A stretch of 64,000 nucleotides of DNA from Gammaproteobacteria bacterium (GCA_035690945.1 DASSJY010000003.1:8900-72899); one strand, 5' to 3'. Counted from the stretch's first letter, positions 20,523 to 30,672 are shown. Made by a program: numbers and translations. Notes: generated by a model not told the origin, from the letters alone.

Positions 20523-21023
20523 TTACGCGGTGCCGGCGGTGCCGCCCGCGGCCAGATCGGCCTGCTGGCGCTGCTGCTGGTAGAGTGCGTCGAAGTTGAC
20601 CGGCTGCAGCAGCAATTGCGGAAAGCCGCCCTTGGCGACCAGTTCGCCGATCGCCTCGCGCGCGTATGGAAACAGCACGCCGGGCGCGAAGCCGCCCAGC
20701 AACTGTCCGCGCTGGCCGTCGTCGAAGCCGGCGACCGTGAAAATGCCCGCCTGCTGCAGTTCGACCAGGAAAATCGGCCGGCTTTCGGCATTGGCCTCGA
20801 CGGTCACCGTCAACACGACTTCATAAGCCGTCTCGGCAATCTGCTCGACCTTCGTCTGCAGGTTGAGCGAGATTTCCGGCTGCCACTGCTGCGAAAACAC
20901 CGCCGGCGAGCGCGGCGACTCGAACGACGTGTCCTTCAGGTAAATCTTTTCGAGCTTGAAATTCTGTTCGGCCTGCTCGGCTTCGCCGGCGCCGTTGCCA
21001 TTGGGTCTGGATTCGTCGGTCAT
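20523..21023 (-). CDS. secB: Protein-export chaperone SecB
   Basis: Contains FKLEKIYLKDTSFESP and LFPYAREAIGELVAKGGFPQLLLQPVNFDALY. Confidence 0.9.
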   Translation of the reverse strand: MTDESRPNGNGAGEAEQAEQNFKLEKIYLKDTSFESPRSPAVFSQQWQPEISLNLQTKVEQIAETAYEVVLTVTVEANAESRPIFLVELQQAGIFTVAGFDDGQRGQLLGGFAPGVLFPYAREAIGELVAKGGFPQLLLQPVNFDALYQQQRQQADLAAGGTAGTA

Positions 21024-21035
21024 GGAAACATCCTG

Positions 21036-21308
21036 TCAATCGGGTTCGTGGTTCGAAGTGTTCAGCAGCTTGTCGAGCCGCCCGTTTGCATCGAGTGCGT
21101 ACAGCTCGTCGCAGCCGCCGATCGGCGCACCGTCGATAAAAATCTGCGGGACCGTGCGGCGACCGGAACGCTGCATCATCTCGGCGCGGCCGCCCGGTTC
21201 GGCCTCGACGTCAATCTCATGATACGCGACGCCCTTCTCATCGAGCAGCGCTTTGGCGCGTCGGCAGAAGCCGCACCACGAGGTCAGATAAATCGTAACG
21301 TCGGGCAT
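21036..21308 (-). CDS. grxC: Glutaredoxin 3
   Basis: The start MPDVTIYLTSWCGFCRRAK (CxxC) at 21308 lies 5 nt after the upstream stop. TVPQIFIDGAPIGGCDEL is also present. Confidence 0.85.
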   Translation of the reverse strand: MPDVTIYLTSWCGFCRRAKALLDEKGVAYHEIDVEAEPGGRAEMMQRSGRRTVPQIFIDGAPIGGCDELYALDANGRLDKLLNTSNHEPD

Positions 21309-21313
21309 CAGCC

Positions 21314-21736
21314 TCAGCCTTTCACGACCGGCAGGTTTTCGCGCCGCCACGCCGCAAAGCCACCTTTCAGGTTGAAGGCCGGCCCGACACCGCTCGCCGC
21401 CAGCCGTTTGATCGCCTGCGCGCCTTCCTTGCCGTCGGCACTGTAGGCGAGCACGCCCTGATCGCCCTTGCGGCCGAGCTTGTCGAGCTGCGTGTCGAGT
21501 TCTGCCATCGGCACGTTGCGCGCTTCGCCGATGTGGCCCTGCTTGTACTGGTCCGCGCCGCGCAGGTCGATGACAATCGCGCCCTGGTTGATCAGCCGGA
21601 TCGCATCGTTCGGGCCGATGTCGTTTTTGCCCTGCACGCGGCGCACCAGCTCGTCGACGATCAGCGCGACGATCAGCGCACCGGCAGCGAGAATCAGGTA
21701 GGGATGACGCTGGATGAACGGGGCAATCTGGTCCAT
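21314..21736 (-). CDS. YibN-like membrane-anchored rhodanese-domain protein
   Basis: Starts MDQIAPFIQRHPYLILAAGALIVALIV (TM anchor), followed by a rhodanese fold (VIDLRGADQYKQGHIGEARNVP). The usual active-site Cys position reads YSADGKEG, so it may be catalytically inactive. Synteny with grxC-secB-gpsA matches E. coli yibN. Confidence 0.7.
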   Translation of the reverse strand: MDQIAPFIQRHPYLILAAGALIVALIVDELVRRVQGKNDIGPNDAIRLINQGAIVIDLRGADQYKQGHIGEARNVPMAELDTQLDKLGRKGDQGVLAYSADGKEGAQAIKRLAASGVGPAFNLKGGFAAWRRENLPVVKG

Positions 21737-21860
21737 AAATTCCGGGAACGGCTGGCGGACAAGCGCGACATTATAACAGGCCGCTTCGCGCGCTTTGTGG
21801 CGGCCGGGCAAAGCCTCTAAACTACCTAACTCATCACTGACTTATTAAAAGAGACCTCCG

Positions 21861-23408
21861 ATGCCCGACCGGCCCCGCCCCGTCGTGCTCGCGATCCTCG
21901 ACGGCTGGGGCTATCGCGAAGACACCACCGACAACGCCATTGCTGTCGCCGACACTCCGAACTGGGACCGGCTGTGGCGCGACTGCCCGCATTCGCTGCT
22001 GCACACCTCCGGCAAGGCGGTCGGCTTGCCCGAGGGGCAGATGGGCAACTCCGAAGTCGGCCATCTGAACCTGGGCGCCGGGCGCGTGCTGTACCAGGAC
22101 TCGATGCGCATCAGCCGCGCGATCGAAGACGGCTCGTTCAACGACAACCCGGCGCTGACCGGCGCGGTCGATGCAGCGAAGGCCGCCGGCGGTGCGGTAC
22201 ACATCGTCGGCCTGCTGTCGCCCGGGGGCGTGCACAGTTACGAGTCGCACATTCACGCAATGGTGCGGCTTGCCGTCGCGCGCGGTGCGGAGCGGGTGTT
22301 CGTGCACGCGATCACCGATGGGCGCGATACGCCGCCGAAGAGCGCCGAAGCCTCGTTCCAGGCGCTCGACAAAGTGTTCGCCGACTGTGGCCGCGGGCGC
22401 CTCGCATCGTTGATCGGTCGCTACTACGCGATGGACCGCGACCAGCGCTGGGACCGGGTCGAAGCCGCCTACAACCTGATGACGCAGGCGAAAGCCGACT
22501 ATGAAGCGCCGGACGGTGTCAGCGGTTTGCACGCCGCCTACGACCGTGGCGAAACCGACGAATTCGTCAAAGCCACGCGCATCGCGCCGCCGGGCGGCGA
22601 GGCGGTCACCGTTGCCGATAATGACGCGATCGTCTTCATGAACTTCCGCGCCGACCGCGCGCGCCAGTTGACGCGCACGTTCATCGAAGACGACTTCGAT
22701 GGCTTCAAACGCGAAATCCGCCCCCGGCTCGCAGCATTCGTCAGCCTGACGCAATACCAGCGCGACTTCGACATCCCCGTCGCGTTTGAGCCCGAAACGC
22801 CCAAGCGCATCCTCGGCGAGATCGTCGCGCAAAGCGGCTTGAAGCAACTGCGCATCGCCGAAACCGAGAAGTATGCGCACGTTACGTTCTTCTTCAACGG
22901 CGGCGAGGAGCGCCCGTTCCCCGGCGAGGACCGCACGCTGATTCCGTCGCCGAAGGTCGCGACGTACGACCTGCAGCCGGAGATGAGTTCGGTCGAGTTG
23001 ACCGACCGCCTGGTCGATGCGATTGCCGGGGGCCACTACGACCTGATCATCTGCAACTACGCCAACGCCGACATGGTCGGCCACACCGGCGACGAAGGCG
23101 CCGCGGTCAAGGCCGTCGAGGCGGTCGACGCCGCGCTCGGCCGTATCACAGACGCGCTCGCCAAAGTGGGCGGCGAGCTGCTGGTCACCGCCGACCACGG
23201 CAATGTCGAAGTGATGCGCGATCCGGAAACGGGCCAGCCGCAGACCGCGCACACCACCGGCCCGGTACCGTTCGTCTACTTCGGCCGGAAAGCGGAGTTG
23301 AATGACGGTGTACTCGCCGACGTCGCACCGACGCTGCTCTCGCTCCTCGACCTCGATCAGCCGGCCGAGATGACAGGCCACTCGTTGATCCAGCTCGGAG
23401 TCGAATGA
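21861..23408 (+). CDS. gpmI: 2,3-bisphosphoglycerate-independent phosphoglycerate mutase
   Basis: 515 aa. Contains [30 protein letters not shown] and ADHGN. Confidence 0.95.
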   Translation: MPDRPRPVVLAILDGWGYREDTTDNAIAVADTPNWDRLWRDCPHSLLHTSGKAVGLPEGQMGNSEVGHLNLGAGRVLYQDSMRISRAIEDGSFNDNPALTGAVDAAKAAGGAVHIVGLLSPGGVHSYESHIHAMVRLAVARGAERVFVHAITDGRDTPPKSAEASFQALDKVFADCGRGRLASLIGRYYAMDRDQRWDRVEAAYNLMTQAKADYEAPDGVSGLHAAYDRGETDEFVKATRIAPPGGEAVTVADNDAIVFMNFRADRARQLTRTFIEDDFDGFKREIRPRLAAFVSLTQYQRDFDIPVAFEPETPKRILGEIVAQSGLKQLRIAETEKYAHVTFFFNGGEERPFPGEDRTLIPSPKVATYDLQPEMSSVELTDRLVDAIAGGHYDLIICNYANADMVGHTGDEGAAVKAVEAVDAALGRITDALAKVGGELLVTADHGNVEVMRDPETGQPQTAHTTGPVPFVYFGRKAELNDGVLADVAPTLLSLLDLDQPAEMTGHSLIQLGVE

Positions 23409-24553
23409 GATTCGTCGCCTTGCTATTGGTGGCGGTGAGCCTCGCGTTCGCCGCAACGCCGAACGTTTATGCCAGGGATCAGGCCGCGGCCCAAAAGCAG
23501 CAACTCGCTGCCATCAAGGCGAAAATCGCCGCCGTCAAACAAGCGCTCGACCACGCCGTTGCGCGCCACGATCAGCTCGCCGCGCAATTGCGCGACAGCG
23601 AGCGCGCGCTCGGCCAGGCGAGCTCAGCGCTGCACGATGTCGAACAGCAGATTAATGCCGCCCAGGCGAAGCTCGCGAAGCTGAAGCAGGAACAGGCGAG
23701 CGAGCAGGACAAGCTGGATTCCGAAAAGCAGGTGCTCGGCGCGCAGATCCGGGCCGCCTACATCGCCGGCCGGCAGGACCGCTTGAAGCTGATGCTCAAC
23801 CAGCAGGACCCGGCGCGCGTCGAGCGCATGCTGACCTATTACGACTATTTCAACCAGGCGCGCACGGCGCGCATCGCCGATTTCAACGCGCGCCTCGAAC
23901 GCCTCGCGCAATTAAAACAGGCAATCGGCGATCAGCTCATCCATCTCGCCGATCTGCAGGGCCAACGCCACACGGCGCTAGCCGCCATCGAACAGCGCCG
24001 CGATGCGCGCAAAGCCGTGCTGGCGAAAGTCGACACGTCGATCGACCAGCATCACAGCGAACTGGCGAAGCTCAAGCGCAGCAAGCAACGTCTCGAACGC
24101 CTGATCGCCAGCCTGACCAATGCGCTCGCGGACATCCCCGACAACCTCGACAGTCGCTCGTTCGCCTCATTGCACGGCACACTCGCCTGGCCGGTAAGCG
24201 GCCCGCACCTCGCGACGTACGGGTCGCTACGCGCCGACGGCCATCTGCACTGGCAGGGCGTGTTGATCGGCGGCAAGGCGGGTGAGCCGGTGCATGCGAT
24301 CGCCCACGGCCGCGTCGTCTACGCCGGCTGGCTGCCACACTTCGGTCTGCTGCTGATCATCGACCACGGCGGCGGGTATCTGAGCCTGTACGCGCACAAC
24401 CAGAGTCTATATAAGGAGGTGGGCGACTGGGTCAACGCCGGTGACACGATCGCCGCGCTCGGCGACAGCGGCGGCCAGCACCAGCCGGCACTGTACTTCG
24501 AGATCCGCCACGACAAGCAGCCGGTGAACCCGGCGCGATGGTGCAAAAGGTAG
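23405..24553 (+). CDS. envC: Murein hydrolase activator EnvC (coiled coil + LytM/M23 domain)
   Basis: Signal peptide, a long Gln/Ala-rich coiled coil, and a C-terminal M23 fold ([15 protein letters not shown]...LYFEIRH). ATGA overlap with gpmI. Confidence 0.85.
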   Translation: MRFVALLLVAVSLAFAATPNVYARDQAAAQKQQLAAIKAKIAAVKQALDHAVARHDQLAAQLRDSERALGQASSALHDVEQQINAAQAKLAKLKQEQASEQDKLDSEKQVLGAQIRAAYIAGRQDRLKLMLNQQDPARVERMLTYYDYFNQARTARIADFNARLERLAQLKQAIGDQLIHLADLQGQRHTALAAIEQRRDARKAVLAKVDTSIDQHHSELAKLKRSKQRLERLIASLTNALADIPDNLDSRSFASLHGTLAWPVSGPHLATYGSLRADGHLHWQGVLIGGKAGEPVHAIAHGRVVYAGWLPHFGLLLIIDHGGGYLSLYAHNQSLYKEVGDWVNAGDTIAALGDSGGQHQPALYFEIRHDKQPVNPARWCKR

Positions 24554-24600
24554 CCTCGCCGCATTCGCGCGTATCATGAGATGAAAAGCTGGAGGCTGAT

Positions 24601-25809
24601 ATGAAACGCGGACTGGCGGTTATCGTTATTATCGTGGTTGCGCTCGTCGCAGCGGGTGCGCTCGCCTACGCCACCATTCCCGTGGTGCGCTACTACCTGA
24701 TGCCGATCGCGGGCGCGACCCCGGCGCCGAAGAGCTTGCTCGGCAGCAGCAATAAAGAGAAAACCGCCGGACCGGCAGTGAATGCCGAAAAGCGTCTGTT
24801 CGCGAATCGCAAGCAACTCGTGCCGACAATTCAGCAGGTGCCCGCCGAGGGTGGCTGGATCAATTCCGGGCCGCTCAACCTGCAGCAGCTGGAGAAGCAA
24901 GGCAAGGTCATCCTGATCGACTTCTGGACCTACAGTTGCATCAATTGCATTCGCGCCAACCCGTTCGACGAGATCTACTGGCAGCGCTACAAGGACCACG
25001 GCCTGGTGATCATTGGCGTGGCGAGCCCCGAGTTTCAGTTTGAGGGCGTACCGGAAAATGTGCTGATCGGCGTGAAGCGCGAAGGCCTCAGCTACCCGAT
25101 CCTGATGGACGCGCACATGCAGGTGTGGCGCAACTTCGGCAATCACTTCTGGCCGGGCAAGTATCTGGTCAATCCGGCGGGCGAAATCGTCTATCACAAG
25201 TTCGGCGAGGGCGATTACGAGCACGAAGAGCAGGTCATCCGCCATCAGCTCGAACTGGCCGGTCACAAGGATCTGCCGCCGGATGAGCCGCTCGATCCGA
25301 AACTCGACCTGATTCCGTCCGGCCAGCCGCAGACCGGCGAGTTGTATGCCGGCCCCGGTTTCCTGCGCCAGTCGCTTGGCAACAGTACCCAGCCGGAAAC
25401 CGGCAAGACGCTTACTTTCCACATGCCGGCGCAACTCGGCGAAGACGAAATTTATCTCGATGGCCGCTGGAAGGGCACGCACGACTACGTCGAAAGCGTC
25501 GGCGCCGGCAAGATCGGCCTCAACTACCTTGCGCAGGCGCCTTACGTCGTGATGGACACCGGCGGCGGCGCAAAGCGCATCGAGGTGACGCTCGACGGCA
25601 AGCCGGTCCCGCCGCAGTTTCGCGGTACCGACATCGAATTCAAAAACGGCAAGACGTGGATGACGGTCAACGAGCCGCGGCTGTACTGGCCGATTGCCAA
25701 TCGTGCGCCGTACGGGCGCCACACGATTCGGTTCATCGTGCCGGACGGCGTGCGGCTGTATTCGTTTACGTTCGGGACGTATCAGCTACCGAACGCACCG
25801 ACTCACTAG
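24601..25809 (+). CDS. Membrane-anchored thioredoxin-fold protein with DipZ-C-terminal-like domain
   Basis: N-terminal TM helix and a redoxin motif, ILIDFWTYSCINCIR (CxxC), followed by a beta-rich C-terminal domain like that of DipZ-type proteins. Confidence 0.65.
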   Translation: MKRGLAVIVIIVVALVAAGALAYATIPVVRYYLMPIAGATPAPKSLLGSSNKEKTAGPAVNAEKRLFANRKQLVPTIQQVPAEGGWINSGPLNLQQLEKQGKVILIDFWTYSCINCIRANPFDEIYWQRYKDHGLVIIGVASPEFQFEGVPENVLIGVKREGLSYPILMDAHMQVWRNFGNHFWPGKYLVNPAGEIVYHKFGEGDYEHEEQVIRHQLELAGHKDLPPDEPLDPKLDLIPSGQPQTGELYAGPGFLRQSLGNSTQPETGKTLTFHMPAQLGEDEIYLDGRWKGTHDYVESVGAGKIGLNYLAQAPYVVMDTGGGAKRIEVTLDGKPVPPQFRGTDIEFKNGKTWMTVNEPRLYWPIANRAPYGRHTIRFIVPDGVRLYSFTFGTYQLPNAPTH

Positions 25810-25833
25810 ATTCAATCGCGGTTACAATGCCGC

Positions 25834-26634
25834 ATGCGCCTCCCAGTCGTTCTCTGCTTTACGTTCCTGTTTCTGCTGCCGATCCGACCTGCTCTCGCCA
25901 AAAGCGATCCCGTTATCGCAATCATCATTGACGACCTCGGTAACAGCCTCACGCTCGACAAGCAGGCGGTCGCGCTGCCCGGCCCGGTCGCCTGCGCTTT
26001 CCTGCCGGATACGCCGTATGCGGCGAGACTGGCGCGCGCCGCCCACGAAGCCGGCAAGGAAGTGCTGCTGCATCTGCCGCTTGAAGCGCTCGGTCACGAA
26101 AAGCTGGGGCCGGGCGGCCTGACGCTGCCGATGACGCGATACGAATTCGTCACCACCGTGCGCGCCGACCTGGCCGCGATCCCGGACGTCGACGGTGTCA
26201 ACAATCACATGGGGAGCCTCCTGACGCAGCACCCCGGCGACATGGCATGGCTGATGGAAACGCTGAAGCAATTCGCTACGCCGCTGTTTTTCGTCGACAG
26301 TCGGACAACGCCGCGCACCGTCGCCTATCGGATCGCGCGCGACTATGGCGTGCCGGCCACGTCGCGCGACGTGTTTCTCGACGACGTGCAGACCAAGGCG
26401 GCCATCAATCGGCAGCTCAAGGAACTGATCGCGATCGCCAAACGCCACGGAACGGCGGTCGCCATCGGCCATCCTTATCCCACCACGCTGCGGGTTTTGC
26501 AGCATCAGCTGCCGACGCTGTCGCGCGACGGCGTGCGACTCGTGCCGATCCGCACGGTGATCGCCCGCCAGAACAGCGCCACGAGCGCCAGCAGTATGAC
26601 CCAGAAGCCGATTGCGCCGCCGCCACCGCTGTAG
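25834..26634 (+). CDS. yibQ: Divergent polysaccharide deacetylase family protein YibQ
   Basis: Signal peptide, then IAIIIDDLG, NNHMGS and IGHPYPTT. Synteny gpmI-envC-(insert)-yibQ. The last ~22 aa look like non-conserved read-through into the convergent gene. Confidence 0.8.
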   Translation: MRLPVVLCFTFLFLLPIRPALAKSDPVIAIIIDDLGNSLTLDKQAVALPGPVACAFLPDTPYAARLARAAHEAGKEVLLHLPLEALGHEKLGPGGLTLPMTRYEFVTTVRADLAAIPDVDGVNNHMGSLLTQHPGDMAWLMETLKQFATPLFFVDSRTTPRTVAYRIARDYGVPATSRDVFLDDVQTKAAINRQLKELIAIAKRHGTAVAIGHPYPTTLRVLQHQLPTLSRDGVRLVPIRTVIARQNSATSASSMTQKPIAPPPPL

Positions 26635-27395
26635 CCCGGCGCGTAGGCGACCTTGTAGGTCTGCGGGTTGCTTTTGACCTTCTGCTTGAAAGTCGCGAGC
26701 GAGTTGTCGAGATTGCCGATCATTTGCCGGAACGCATCTTCAAAGCCGGCGCGCCGGCCGGCGCGCAACGCGTCGCCCTGGTTCACGATTGCGGCGCTGT
26801 CGTGAGTGCGGCCAATGCCGGGCGCGCGAAACAGCAGCTTGCGGCTGGCGACATCGAATACGGCGGTATCGACAAATGTTGTCGTCGTGTTTTTTTCTGC
26901 AGGAACGTAATAGGCGCCAATCACCGTCAGATAGAGCAGCGACCACGCATTTTCGCGGGCCGTTTGCACCTGGTCGTAAGACACCAGCGCGATGATATCG
27001 ACGCCGTACATCGAGGCGATCGCATCCAGATTGTTGAAACCGCCGCCCGGCATCAGGTAACTGTCGGGAATCACCTCGACCGACTTGACGAAGCGATAGC
27101 GGCTGAAGTGGCGCGCGACTTCGCTGAGCAATTGGTTCTGCTCCGCCATGTTCAGGACGGCCGCCTTTGAATAACCGTGCGTCTGGTCGGCGGTGGATGC
27201 GGGTACGAATGCGATCCCGACGCGCACCGGCAACTTGAGCGTCGCCGTTTGTGCGGCCATCGGTTTCGGTTGGCCCTTCGGGTAAAGAAAATCGACCAGA
27301 TTACTCGTGGTATGCGATACCGTCCCGAGCGTGGCGCAGCCCCCGAGCAGGCTCATGCACAAGATCAAGGCGGCGAACGGTAGTGTTTTCATCAT
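26505..27395 (-). CDS. Lipoprotein with GlyGly-CTERM-like tail (rhombosortase-target / rhombotail-lipoprotein-like)
   Basis: AGGAGG lies 3-6 nt before the ATGATG at 27395/27392. Lipobox LLGGC|A. C-terminal YSGGGGAIGFWVILLALVALFWR is a Gly-Gly plus TM helix plus basic residue, followed by an unusual 19-aa extension. Confidence 0.6.
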   Translation of the reverse strand: MMKTLPFAALILCMSLLGGCATLGTVSHTTSNLVDFLYPKGQPKPMAAQTATLKLPVRVGIAFVPASTADQTHGYSKAAVLNMAEQNQLLSEVARHFSRYRFVKSVEVIPDSYLMPGGGFNNLDAIASMYGVDIIALVSYDQVQTARENAWSLLYLTVIGAYYVPAEKNTTTTFVDTAVFDVASRKLLFRAPGIGRTHDSAAIVNQGDALRAGRRAGFEDAFRQMIGNLDNSLATFKQKVKSNPQTYKVAYAPGYSGGGGAIGFWVILLALVALFWRAITVRIGTSRTPSRDSVGS

Positions 27396-27499
27396 CGGCC
27401 TCCTGTGTGGGTACAGGGGAGGCAGATTGGCGGCGGGTATCGCCCGGTGCAACGGCTTTCGCACCCGGAGCGTGTTTTACCACCGAAAGTATTCTTAAA

Positions 27500-28261
27500 T
27501 TAGACTTTATCGGGTTCGGCCGGCGTCCCGCTGCGTTCGAGCCGCGCGAAATGCGAGAACACCCAAGGTCGAATCGCAAGCAGCGCGCCGCAACTGAAGC
27601 GCTCTTTAAGCGGCAGCGCAGCGTCGGCTTCGACCAGCTCGTTGAATTCGCGCGCCAACCGCTCAATTCCCTGCCGGAAGGCTTCAAGCGACCTGCGCGA
27701 CAGCAATCCGCCGGCGAACTTCAGGTCTTCGCGCGGTCCGGCGAACCGGGAGGCGAGAAAATCCGGCAGGACTTCCCGCTCGAAGAACCGTTGTACCGGC
27801 CCATCCTTGCGCCATGAGAAATTGTGCGCCGTCCGCAACCGGATGCGGTTGCCGGGCAGCAGGTCGATCATGCCGAGCCGGTCCAGTCGCGACAGCAGCC
27901 GAATAGCTTCGTGCTCGCTGATCCGGTGCGCCTTGACGATATCTTCGAAGCGCCAGCGGTTCAGCACCAGGAACGTGATCAGCAGCAGCTTGTCGTCCTG
28001 CAGCAGTGCCACTTCCTGTTCCGGCGTCAAGCTGGTGAAGGTGGGCTTCGCCTCGTTGTCGAGTTCAACGAGATCGGAAATCTGCAGATCGATCAGCGCG
28101 CAGATCCGCTCCAGCCGGTCCAGGGTAAAGGTGCCGCGTGCAAAGCATCGCTTGATGCTGGCTTCGCTGAGGTTGAGTGCGCGCGCCACGTCCGCGTAGG
28201 TCATTCCCCGCATTCGGAGCGCACTTTTGAGAGTCGCGATCAGTCGTGCCGCTTGCGCCAT
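27500..28261 (-). CDS. XRE-family HTH transcriptional regulator with C-terminal uncharacterised domain
   Basis: The N-terminal MTYADVARALNLSEASIKRCFARGTFTLDRLERICALI is a Cro/C1-type HTH. Confidence 0.7.
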   Translation of the reverse strand: MAQAARLIATLKSALRMRGMTYADVARALNLSEASIKRCFARGTFTLDRLERICALIDLQISDLVELDNEAKPTFTSLTPEQEVALLQDDKLLLITFLVLNRWRFEDIVKAHRISEHEAIRLLSRLDRLGMIDLLPGNRIRLRTAHNFSWRKDGPVQRFFEREVLPDFLASRFAGPREDLKFAGGLLSRRSLEAFRQGIERLAREFNELVEADAALPLKERFSCGALLAIRPWVFSHFARLERSGTPAEPDKV

Positions 28262-28280
28262 GCGCGCCTCCTCGATGGCC

Positions 28281-29924
28281 TCAGCCGTGCATCCAGTTCA
28301 GCACCAGGATCGCGGCGCCGATGCCGGCGGAGCCGGCGCCTACCCACAGCGGCTGGAAGTGGAGCGCGAGCAGCAGCGCGCCGGCTATCAGGAAGCCGGC
28401 AGAGGCGGCGGCGCCGAACAGGCGCCGTTGGATAAGGTCGATGCGCTGCTTCAACTCCGTCAATTCGGGGCTGTGGAACTGGATGTGCATTGTGCCGCTG
28501 CGCGCCTGGTCGAGCGCGTCGTGCAGCGTTTCCGGCAGGTCCTTGAGCATCTGCATCATCAGCGGCGCGTCGTTCTTGGCGTCGCGCAGTACCGACGCCG
28601 GCCCGAGCTGCTCGTGCATCCAGTCTTCGAAAAACGGCTTGGCGGTGCGCCACAAGTCGAGTTCCGGATACAGCTCGCGGCCGATGCCCTCGATGTTGAG
28701 CAGCGTCTTTTGCAGCAGCACGAGCTGCGGCTGCACTTCCATGTTGAAGCGGCGCGCGGTCTGGAACAACCGCACCAGCAACTGACCGAACGAAATTTCC
28801 TTGAGCGGCCGGTTGAAGATCGGTTCGCAGACCGTGCGGATCGCGGACTCGAATTCATCGACGCGCGTGCCTTGCGGCACCCAGCCGGACTCAACGTGCA
28901 GTTGGGCCACCTGGTGATAATCGCGGTTAAAGAACGCGAGGAAGTTCTTCGCGAGATAGGCCTGATCTCTGGGGCTCAGCGAGCCGACGATGCCGAAATC
29001 GACCGCGATGTAACGCGGCGTTTCCGGCTCGGCCAGGTCGATGAACAAGTTGCCCGGGTGCATGTCGGCGTGGAAGAAGTTGTGCTTGAACACCTGGGTG
29101 AAGAAAATTTCCACGCCGCGTTCGGCGAGTACCTGCATGTTCGCGCCGCGCGCGTGCAGCGTTTCGACCGCGCTGATCGGGATGCCGTCGATGCGCTCCA
29201 TCACCATCACGTTGCGGCGGATGAAATCCCAGTACACGTCGGGGATGTACAGCTCGTCGGAGCCGAGGAAGTTGCGCCGCAATTGCGAGGCGTTGGCTGC
29301 CTCGCGCATCAGGTCGAGTTCGTCGAGCAGCGTCTTTTCGTACTCGGCGACGATTTCGCGCGGCCGCAAGCGCCGGCTCTCGCGCCAGTAGCGCGCGGCG
29401 AGATCGGCAAGCAGGTAGAGCACGGCGATGTCGCTGCGAATCACCTTGCCGACATTCGGCCGCAGTACCTTCACGACGACCGCCGTGCCGTCGTGCAGCG
29501 TCGCCGCATGCACCTGCGCGACCGACGCCGACGCCAGCGGCGTTTCGTCGAATTCCCGAAAGACCGTCTCGACCGATTGGCCGAGCGCCTGTTCGATCAG
29601 CGCCCGTGCGTGCTTGCCGGGAAACGGCGGCACGTTATCCTGCAGCCGCGCCAGTTCCTCGGCGAAGTCCGGCGGCAACAGGTCGCGCCGCGTCGACAGC
29701 GCCTGGCCGAACTTGATGAACACCGGCCCGAGGTCTTCGAAGGCGAGGCGCAGCCGTACCGCCGGCGGATACTTGAAGGTCTTGAACCAGCGCCACGGCG
29801 ACAGGTACATCAGAAAGCGCACCGGCCGCAGAATGTGCAGCGCCAGGATCAGTTCGTCCAGCCCGTGACGGGCCAGCACGAGGTTGATTTGCAGCAGCCG
29901 CAGGGCTTGGCGGGGGGTGATCAC
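28281..29924 (-). CDS. ubiB: Ubiquinone biosynthesis regulatory kinase-like protein UbiB
   Basis: 547 aa. ABC1/ADCK kinase-like motifs (KFGQALSTRRDLLP, ASVAQVHAA, FHADMHPGNLF, DFGIVG) and two C-terminal TM helices. Confidence 0.95.
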   Translation of the reverse strand: MITPRQALRLLQINLVLARHGLDELILALHILRPVRFLMYLSPWRWFKTFKYPPAVRLRLAFEDLGPVFIKFGQALSTRRDLLPPDFAEELARLQDNVPPFPGKHARALIEQALGQSVETVFREFDETPLASASVAQVHAATLHDGTAVVVKVLRPNVGKVIRSDIAVLYLLADLAARYWRESRRLRPREIVAEYEKTLLDELDLMREAANASQLRRNFLGSDELYIPDVYWDFIRRNVMVMERIDGIPISAVETLHARGANMQVLAERGVEIFFTQVFKHNFFHADMHPGNLFIDLAEPETPRYIAVDFGIVGSLSPRDQAYLAKNFLAFFNRDYHQVAQLHVESGWVPQGTRVDEFESAIRTVCEPIFNRPLKEISFGQLLVRLFQTARRFNMEVQPQLVLLQKTLLNIEGIGRELYPELDLWRTAKPFFEDWMHEQLGPASVLRDAKNDAPLMMQMLKDLPETLHDALDQARSGTMHIQFHSPELTELKQRIDLIQRRLFGAAASAGFLIAGALLLALHFQPLWVGAGSAGIGAAILVLNWMHG

Positions 29925-29955
29925 GACAGGCGGTTATTCATGTTTGCTCGGCTTT

Positions 29956-30015
29956 CTGTAGGAGCGGCCTTTGGCCGCGATGATATTACCTCGCGACCGA
30001 AGATCGCTCCTACAG
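29956..30015. repeat. REP-like imperfect palindrome (inverted pair of ~24-nt units) between ubiJ and ubiB
   Basis: CTGTAGGAGCGGCCTTTGGCCGCGA ... TCGCGACCGAAGATCGCTCCTACAG. The arms TGTAGGAGCG/CGCTCCTACA are perfect inverted repeats. It resembles pseudomonad-type REP elements. I found only one copy in this window. Confidence 0.45.
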
Positions 30016-30021
30016 GGCTGG

Positions 30022-30666
30022 TTATTGTTTTAGACGCTGCAACCGCGCTTCGAGCCGATCGCAGTCGTTGCGCAGCGTGTCGACGTCGCTCAGAAACGCG
30101 TCGATCTCCACCCGGCTCGGCAGGTAGCGCGCCTCTTCCTGCAGGTATTCGCCGACGTCCGCGGTCAGCGCCTTGACGACGCGCCGGCTCCAGGCGGCGA
30201 CGCTGCGAGTCAGCCGGCCCATCTGGTGCGCCGGGAAGTCGCCGATGCGCCGTGCCAGCGCCTCTTCCCAGTCGATATCCGCCTCGGCCAGCAGGCGCGT
30301 AAAATGCTGCGCGACTTCGGCATCCCCCGTTACCTCAATGCCGCGCGGCAGTTCGCGGAACCGGTGCGCGGCAGCATCGCCGAACGCGATCACGCTGCCC
30401 GACAGGCGCGTGTCCGGCGGCAGCTCGCCGCGCCCGCGTACGTGAACGCGGTCGATCGAAAAGATGATCTGAAAGACCCAGCCGAGATCCGTCAGCTCGA
30501 CAATCAGCACCCTGCCGGCGAGGCCGTTTAGGCTGTGTTCAGGATCGTCGAGGCGGCGCAGGTACGCGTTGAGCGCCCGGTCGACGACGCCGGCGATCGG
30601 CGCCGGCGCGCGCTTTTCGCCCGTGTGCGTGCGGGTGGAGGTAGGCGTTTGTAGTTGTTCCTGCAT
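30022..30666 (-). CDS. ubiJ: Ubiquinone biosynthesis accessory factor UbiJ (SCP2 domain)
   Basis: Lies between ubiE and ubiB. Contains an SCP2-like core (RVLIVELTDLGWVFQIIF, GDAEVAQHFTRLL) and a C-terminal coiled coil. Confidence 0.75.
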   Translation of the reverse strand: MQEQLQTPTSTRTHTGEKRAPAPIAGVVDRALNAYLRRLDDPEHSLNGLAGRVLIVELTDLGWVFQIIFSIDRVHVRGRGELPPDTRLSGSVIAFGDAAAHRFRELPRGIEVTGDAEVAQHFTRLLAEADIDWEEALARRIGDFPAHQMGRLTRSVAAWSRRVVKALTADVGEYLQEEARYLPSRVEIDAFLSDVDTLRNDCDRLEARLQRLKQ

Positions 30667-30672
30667 AGGCTC

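Noticed and set aside
19587-21446. 619-aa plus-strand ORF spanning gpsA, secB and grxC
   Set aside because: It is antisense to three compact, well-supported genes and crosses their boundaries. The composition is typical of a non-coding GC-rich frame.
21834-23456. 540-aa minus-strand ORF opposite gpmI
   Set aside because: Arg/Val/Asp-rich with no motifs, whereas the plus strand encodes a full-length, motif-complete phosphoglycerate mutase.
28227-30176. 649-aa plus-strand ORF opposite ubiB/ubiJ. The same reasoning applies to 5510..6889, 7102..8037, 37291..38898, 40102..41877, 24574..25722 and 26247..27170.
   Set aside because: All are antisense or alternative frames of genes with clear family signatures. 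They are Arg-rich and have no recognisable domains.
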